A DNA stretch of 58,377 bases, counting the filler, from Dimargaris cristalligena (taxonomy: Eukaryota), in assembly GCA_003614675.1 (NCBI GenBank). It is 2 parts of 2 records of this genome, joined end to end, with 100 filler letters (N's around TTAATTAATTAA, not from the genome) between each part and the next. Parts side by side here need not be neighbours in the genome. Positions count along the whole stretch, not along the records: positions 29,284 to 58,377 come from ML002491.1; 1 more part is not named here. One strand, 5' to 3'. Position 1 is the stretch's first letter. Each line of letters starts with the position of its first letter. Position numbers and translations under genes: made by a program. Shown here piece by piece: positions 51,398 through 58,377 of this stretch. The notes below the pieces were generated by a model. The model was not told where the DNA came from, searched no databases, and was given only the letters and a program-made list of their open reading frames with translations.

Positions 51398-51983
51398 TGT
51401 TACCTAGGCTAACCACTCTTAGTCTGACAAGAGTCATGAGGATAAGCTTCTAACAGTAGGTTGGTCTTAGACTTAGCTAAGCAGGCTTCCAGCATCAGGT
51501 ACAGACACAGTAATCACCAAATCAAGGCTACTAGAATGCAGGTGTAAGCTAGAGATGTGCAGTAAGTATACTTACTAGTTAATACAAGGGGGCTGAGTGT
51601 ATCTATGGTTTATTGGGATAAACCAGGGGGTAAGAAAAAGCTAAGGAATTGAACCAGTCCTAATGGGGCCTAGTTATATATATACAGGGGTGACCCCAGA
51701 GGGAGGTCCCTAGAGAAGGATACTACTAAGACTAGGGTAAGATAAATAGGCTAACCGGACAGCTATGCGTACTTGGAAGACTCTGATGGTAGCTGGAAGA
51801 GTCTTTAGATCAGCACCAGAGTAATTAGTGCAAACCAAGGAGTCCAGAAGGAAAACAATTTTGTAATATAGGATAATCCCATAGTGCCAGGGGTGGCCAT
51901 AGGAAGGTTAATATGGCACTATAAGGTTTAATAGGGATGGATAATTGCTATGTCCAGATTAACTCAGATTAGATAGTTCAATA
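51398..51983 (-). mobile_element. Solo LTR, same family
   Basis: Starts TGTTACCTAGGCTAACCACTCTTAGTC (reverse complement of the family 3' end) and ends ..GATTAGATAGTTCAATA. Flanks CAGTG and CTGAT do not form a TSD. Confidence 0.85.
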
Positions 51984-53299
51984 CTGATGATTAGTAAAAT
52001 ATTATATATAATGTATATTAAAAGATGTTCATGAGCATGTATTTTTGAGGTCACTTTGGCAAGTTTGCCATTGGTAGCCAATGCTGTAGTGGGCTTATAT
52101 GATTTAAAACCCATTTTCTTTATCCCACAAATTCTATAACTCAGAGGCCGGCCAATCCCCCATTAGAGCTACCCTCAATTTCTGCTATCTGTTATATAAT
52201 GATGATTTAGTAAGCCACATATACCAACTGGCCAATGACGTCACCACTAGTGGAAAAATTATCAGGCCGATCCCTCTAGAGAAAACCAGACACTCTACTT
52301 ATCTGCCCCAGTCACACATTAAATGGCCAATGACTCTACAGCTTTTAAAGTTTGCAAAAATAAAACCTCTCATTGTAATACCAAATTAGTTCATCCTATT
52401 GCATCAACTGGGGTCAGGCTGGGGTATTCAAAATGAGTTACACTCTGAAAATCACTTTGTGCTATTTTCAGAATTGGTTAAGGGGGTCAAGTAACTACAC
52501 AGGAACTATAGCAACCCCCCAAACTGGCTATCAAAGCCTATAAAATAGCCATACTTTTTATTGAAACAGCTCACCTTAAAGTAAATAATCTATTTTGACC
52601 TGAAATAGCTATTATACTAGATTTGGTGCATGTGGTCAGTTGGCAACAGGGATATCATTTGCCAATGGTTAAAGCAGCAAATGATTTTTCAAAACTGAAA
52701 TCAATTGGTAATATCATTATATACCTCTGGTTGAAGAACAACATACCTAATTGAAGCTGGTCCTATTGCATTTGGTGATACCTAATTGGGTTTGAGTTTA
52801 TTATAGGAATCATATACCAGCTATCCCAGTTGATACTTGAAGGCCTACTCTACACACCTTCACTACTGGCCCGAGACTCTCTTAAATCACATTGGGGTCT
52901 TCTGAAATCATTAAATTGATATTAATGAATGGGTCAATGAGTGAATAAACAAATAATAAATAGTAAGTATCTAACATGACGTTTTACTGAAGTATATAAT
53001 ACTAGAGAATAGTATGTATTTGGTAATTGGGCAAATAGTAGTAAGCCAGTAGGACCGTAGTCATCTAGGGCTACTAGAATGTCAACCAGCCCTTCCTTTT
53101 CCAGTAAAGTATTAAGTACCCAGGCAAAGAGGAGTGTGAGTAGATGTTCCTTATAATGATTTGAGAGTAAAGAGAAAATCACACTTTGTTCAGGATCAAT
53201 GTTGGTGTTAATATGAATATTTATTTGAGGTGTGTAAATAAAATATATAAAAATAAGTAAGCAATTGGAAAAACTAGAAAGGTGATGGTGCGAGTTGTT

Positions 53300-54531
53300 C
53301 AAGATGGCAATGATTGTTATTTTTCCACGTCCACCAAGGACATTCATTTATAAGGAATCAGCCTAGTTACTGAAACCAAGATGTGATTATGGCGTGTTGT
53401 GGTAAAGCCGGGAGAGCCCGGAAGAATGCAAGGCAGTGATGGCTTGAACTGCCAAGTAATAGTTAAAGGGACGCAGAGAGACACATCAATATTAATATGT
53501 GCACTAGACAAGGGAAGTAAGATGTCACACTCCGGGCATATATGTGGAGGCTCTTTACCCTGGTCCAGGCTGGGGGTAAGGCCAAATATCACTCTATGGA
53601 TGGCCTGTGTAAAAGCACAACACGGCAGTTTTTGTGTGGGCATGGCAGGGTTGGCCCTGGTAGTATCTCCGGACTATCTTTCATTGGAGAGCTGTTTGCC
53701 TACAGAAAGCTCTACCCCATTTGTAGGTCTATCCCTCTGGACTGCTTGGTTGATGTCAGGTACCTTTGTTGGTCCAGTAGTAACAGCAGTAAGAAGGTGG
53801 TGATTTCCAATCACTTGATGGTAATGGTGGTTGGCAGTTGGAGGTGTTGAATGGAAAGGTGGCTTTTGTAGCTGGATGTGGAAAAGTGACAAAGCAGCGG
53901 CCAATGATAGAAATGTGAGTAGTGGTAAAGAATGGTGGGAGGTGTGCTCAGGGAACCTATGGTAATGGTACCTGGTCCAGGAGAGCATAGAACTAGGAAG
54001 GTGAGGCGTAGTTCTTGCACTATTAGGTCAGCTACTTGCGAGACCTTAGAACGTTCTTAATCTAAATAGAGAGGGACATATAACATAAAAAATAGTAGAA
54101 GTCAAGATATAATTGTTAGAATCCAGTATGTAATAGAATGGAACTGCTGCATTTTAGTGATAAACTCATCGGAAGTCTGTGCATGGCTGCAGTAGTAGTG
54201 GGAGAAAGAACCAGAATAACAAGTTTGAAGAAAAAAGCCACCGCTCCAGTTCCCCTTTCATCCACTCTTTCACCAACTGTAGTGTTGGCATTAGTTATTT
54301 CAACTGCCTAATATCAGTGTAATGGTTACTGATGGAGTAGTATAAAAAGGGTACATGTCCGCGCTAGTAGTAAAAATATAAATAATAAAAATATAAAAAA
54401 ATTAAAAAAAAACTTACTTTTTGCAAAACCCAGTAGATGGGCTTTACAATGGGGGCCTTGGGGTCGGCCGTAGGGTAATCCCTACTGGGCCGATCTTGGC
54501 CCCTGGCTATGAATAATTCTTTTAAAGTCAT
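53300..54531 (-). pseudogene. Degraded spliced gene of unknown function (left copy of the inverted duplication)
   Basis: ATG54531 MTLKELFIARGQDRPSRDYPTADPKAPIVKPIYWVLQK, GTAAGT donor at 54417, acceptor at 54364. Downstream frames are broken by stops and shifts. The 3' boundary is uncertain. Confidence 0.4.
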
Positions 54532-55867
54532 ATTAAATAGATCAACGACTTTAAGCTTATATTCAAACACTTTGGGGGAGGGGGATAGGTGTTTTTATAT
54601 TAAGCCAGGGAATACCCCGCCTGGTCCATTGAAAAAGGGGTATTGGCTTGGGAATAGCGATATCCCTTACAAGAAAAAAAAACAGTTTATGAATTGTTGA
54701 AGTGTGCCTATAACAATATCCAGTAAAACGTAATTTTCAAGTTAGTTTTTCTCTGAATTATGTCCTCCCTTCCAATTTCAATTTAATACAATGGTAAAGA
54801 CTGCTGACATGGTAGTTCTACGCATCCCAATGACAGGTCCTAATCTTTTCCATAAAGGTGGCGACTCTTTTGCCAACAATGATACTTCCCACCCATTTGG
54901 AGAAGAATTCATTCCGTGAATAATAACGCCTTTCCCTGTAGTAGACAATAATAATTCAGCTATTCCCACTGATTTTTCCAACTAAATAAAAACAAGGTGC
55001 AGCAGTAGTATCATCTTTTTTCTTTTGCTAACCTGGTCTTTTATTCCCAATTATTGACCTTTCCATCCATGCATCCTATGCTTACATTGTTTAGCTAAAT
55101 GCAATATACTTGTTTCCCACCCCCCCAAGTCTTGCCAATGTCTAAGTATAATGTCAATAATATTATTTCTTCTAGGAATGGCCTAGACAGGCCCAGTTTA
55201 GGAAGATCAGGTGTCACCACAGGTAATAAGAATGTGTCATGAAATCAAAGAGCATTGATTAATCATGGAAATTAGAATATTCCCTAGCATAAATATCTGG
55301 GAATGGTTTATTTTTCTTTTTTGTATAACCAGACAATAGTTTTAAGAGCCCCCCTCCAAATTGACTGGAGATGCCACAATAGATTCTACATTCCCCATTT
55401 AAAAAGTATTTCTAGTTTTTCAAAAATTATAATTAGAATAGTTAAATGTAGGCCCTTGTATGTTGATGCATTGAATAATATAGAAGATATATTGCAAGAT
55501 TATGATATCAATAGGTGGTTTAATTGACCCTGATACACACAACCTGGTCTTAGAAGTACTTAACAGTTACTGTTAAAATAGCTGGCCATACTATTGATAC
55601 CAATGGCTTATATATGTTATTGTAGCAGGCTGGGGTTTTTAGTATGGAATTTTTTAAGATTTCCATTATGAGTTGTATTAAGAGTACATATGGAATATTA
55701 TAAAATCTGGGTGTAGTTAGAGCATCTGATATAACTATTTATACTTAGGATATATGCCTATGTTATTGAATGTTCCCAATAAATGAAAGAGGCTACAGGT
55801 ACTCCAACATTATGGTGGGCCTAAATTACCTAACCACTAGGATATATCAAAATTTGGCTATAATAGC

Positions 55868-56411
55868 TGTCACCCAAGCCAACAACTCTTAGTCCGTCAA
55901 GAGTCTCAGGGATAGGCTTCTAACAGTAGGCAGGCTACTAGTGTTAGGGTGTCTGCACTAACTAAATAAAGCAAGTGTCACTGCATATGTGGGGGACGTG
56001 TACTGATGCACACCTACTTAGTCAGTACAACAGGGTGAGTGTATATAGAGTTTATTGAGGTAAACTAGGGGGTAAGAATAAGCTGCCAAGCAACCGGTCC
56101 CAATGGGGGCCCGGTTATATATACATGGGGGACTACTCTAAGAGGAGGTCCCATAGGGGAAAACTACATAACTAAAGTAACAATAGAAAGGGCCAGGTGG
56201 TCCCTGTATGAGCAAGGGCTTCTATGGGAACTGGAAGACACTAGGATCACCTAAAGAGTGAGTAGTGCAAACTCCAAGGGGTCCAGCCAGTGAGGTGATA
56301 TATATAATATTCAGCACCCAGATAGGACCGGGGTGTTCAGTATGGTGCTATATGGCCTGCTATGATGGTGATCATTAGTGGATGGATTAGGTCAGATTAG
56401 GAGGAGCAACA
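55868..56411 (-). mobile_element. Solo LTR with an intact 5-bp target-site duplication
   Basis: TGTCACCC...GCAACA termini flanked by ATAGC at both 55863-55867 and 56412-56416. Confidence 0.92.
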
Positions 56412-56479
56412 ATAGCTTTTATGTCTTTCAATAATAGGCATAGCTACACTTCTAATAATAGGAATATAAACTAATATAC

Positions 56480-57060
56480 TATTAGACTATCAAATCTGTC
56501 TTAATCTCATTGGCTTAAATGTTAAACCTGATTAGGTCTTCTGGTACTATAGTAACCTTCACATAGTCTCACCTAATACTATGGGATCATCACATCATAT
56601 AACCTTCCCCCTGGTCTGTGTCACTAGTTATTATTACTCACTCCCAATACTAACCCATTAGCCTATTCCAGCTACTATTATAGTCTTTTGGATATTAGCT
56701 ACTAGACCAGCTGGCCCATTTACCTATTCCATAGTCTTGGCAGTATCCTTCCCTTAGGGCCTCTCTCAGAAGTTATCCCTATATATTTAATTAGGCCCCA
56801 TTGGGATTAGTTAGGTTCCTTGGCTTATTCTTACACATTATTTATCTAATAAGCCCTTTATATACTCACTCCCCCATACTGGCTAGTAAGTGTACTTACT
56901 GTATATCCCTTATATATACCTGTACTTGTAGCCTTATTTAGTTAGTTCTATACTTGTGCCTAATTCTAGTAGCCTTCTTAGCCAAGTCTAAACCTAAATT
57001 ACTGTTAGAAGCCTATCCTCAGAACTCTTGATAAATTAAGAGTGGTTAACCTGGGTAACT
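56480..57060 (+). mobile_element. Solo LTR, more degraded
   Basis: TATTAGAC.. start and ..TAAGAGTGGTTAACCTGGGTAAC end; aligns with 2883-3467; no TSD. Confidence 0.8.
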
Positions 57061-58281
57061 GCATATATCCCAACTATATATAGTTATATCAGATGCTCTA
57101 ACTGTATCCAAAATATATAATATTCTATATGTATTCTTTATCCAGCTTATCATGGAAATCTTAAAAAACTCTCTACTAAAAATCCCAGCCAGCTACAATA
57201 ACATATATAGGCTATTGGTATAAGTAGCATGGCCAACTATTTCAATAGTAATTGTTAAGTACTACTAAGACCAGGGTGTGTACATTGGAGTTAATTAAAC
57301 TGCCTATGGATATCATAATATTGCAATATATCTTCTATATTATTCAATTCATCAACGTACAAGGGCCTACATTTAACTATTCCAATTATAATATTTAAAA
57401 TGCTTGAAGCACTTTTTAATGGGGAATGTAGAATTAATTGTGGCATCTCACATCAATCTGGATGGGGGCTCTTAAAAAAATTGTCTGGCTATAAAAATGT
57501 AAAAAATAAACCATTCCCAGATATTTATGCTAGGGAACATTCTAGTTTCCATGATAAAAAAATGTCCTTTGGTTTCATGACACATTCTTATTACCTGTGG
57601 TGGCCCCTAGTCCGCCTATACTGGGCCTATTGGGGCCATTACTAGAAGGAATAATGGTATTGCCATTGTACTTAGACATTGACAAGACTCGGGGGGTGGG
57701 AAACGAGTATACTGTATTTAGCTAAACAATGTAAGCATAGGATACATGAATGGAGGGGTCAATAATTGCGAATAAAAGACCATGTTAGCAAAAGCATGAA
57801 GAGGTTACTACTGTTGTACCCTGTTTTTAATTAGTTGGAAAAATAAATGGGAATAATTCAATTGATATTGACTATTACAAGGAAAGTCATTAGTATTCAT
57901 GGAATTCATGCTTCTCCTAATGGGAGGGGAAGTATCATTATTGGCAAAAGAGTCACTAGCTTTAGGGCAAAGAGTGGGACCTGCCATTAGGATGTAAAGA
58001 ACCACCGTGTCAGCAGTTATTGCCATTGTATTAAATTGAAATTGGAAGGGAGGATACAATTCAAGGAAAAACCAACTAGAAAATCATGTTCTATCGGGCA
58101 TTGTTAAAGGTTAACTTCATCAATTCACCCACTGATGGTTTTTTCTTGCAAGGGAAACCCCTATTCCCCTGCCAATACACCTTTTCCATGGACCAGGCGG
58201 GGTGTCCCCTGGAACAATATAAATACACCTATCCCCCTCCCCCAAAGTGTTTGAATATACTTATAATCATACCTGTTAGAT

Positions 58282-58377
58282 ATGACTTTGAAAGCATTAT
58301 TGATAACCAGGGGCAAGGATCGGCCCAGTAGGGATTACCCTACGGCCGATCCCAAGGCCCCAATTGTGAAACCCATC
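58282..58377 (+). CDS. 5' part of the paralog of the 54531 gene (truncated by the window edge; intactness unknown)
   Basis: MTLKALLITRGKDRPSRDYPTADPKAPIVKPI. Over 32 codons it differs from the left copy at 5 synonymous and 4 nonsynonymous codons. Confidence 0.4.
   Translation, partial: MTLKALLITRGKDRPSRDYPTADPKAPIVKPI

Larger units (their letters stand above)
54436..58377. repeat. Large diverged inverted repeat: arms 54436-55757 and 57061-58377 (right arm runs off the window)
   Basis: The reverse complement of 58321-58377 matches from 54436; the reverse complement of ~55715-55757 matches from 57061. Intervening blocks are colinear. Confidence 0.9.

Overview
Eukaryotic, intron-containing fungal DNA. 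Gene content and style suggest an early-diverging fungus, possibly a Kickxellomycotina/Zoopagomycota mycoparasite such as Dimargaris; this is inference, not proven. A gene-dense core holds BZZ1, an EPT1/CPT1-type phosphotransferase, a mitochondrial HMG-box protein, CCDC137-like, UBR7-like, PFD1, UBC7, a secreted Ser/Thr-rich protein, MKT1, tRNA-Leu(CAA), a PI-PLC-like GPI protein, SPC2, a 3-hydroxyacyl-CoA dehydrogenase and PEX6. Three AT-rich, CpG-poor islands (about 1-3.5 kb, 29-31 kb and 51.2-58.4 kb) carry six copies or fragments of one ~545-585 bp LTR family, pseudogenes and a >1.3 kb inverted duplication. An artificial 100-nt scaffold linker sits at 29184-29283. Main leads: (1) a family of signal-peptide + F-box-like proteins, with one intact copy (49370-51149) and one dead copy (247-2126), both beside LTRs; these are candidate secreted effectors that hijack the host SCF ligase; (2) RIP-like C-to-T damage at CpA and CpG confined to the repeat islands; (3) an apparently swapped target-site duplication, implying an LTR-mediated inversion of the segment carrying the dead copy; (4) a PTS2 motif inside a mitochondrial-type presequence of the dehydrogenase, which lies head-to-head with PEX6.
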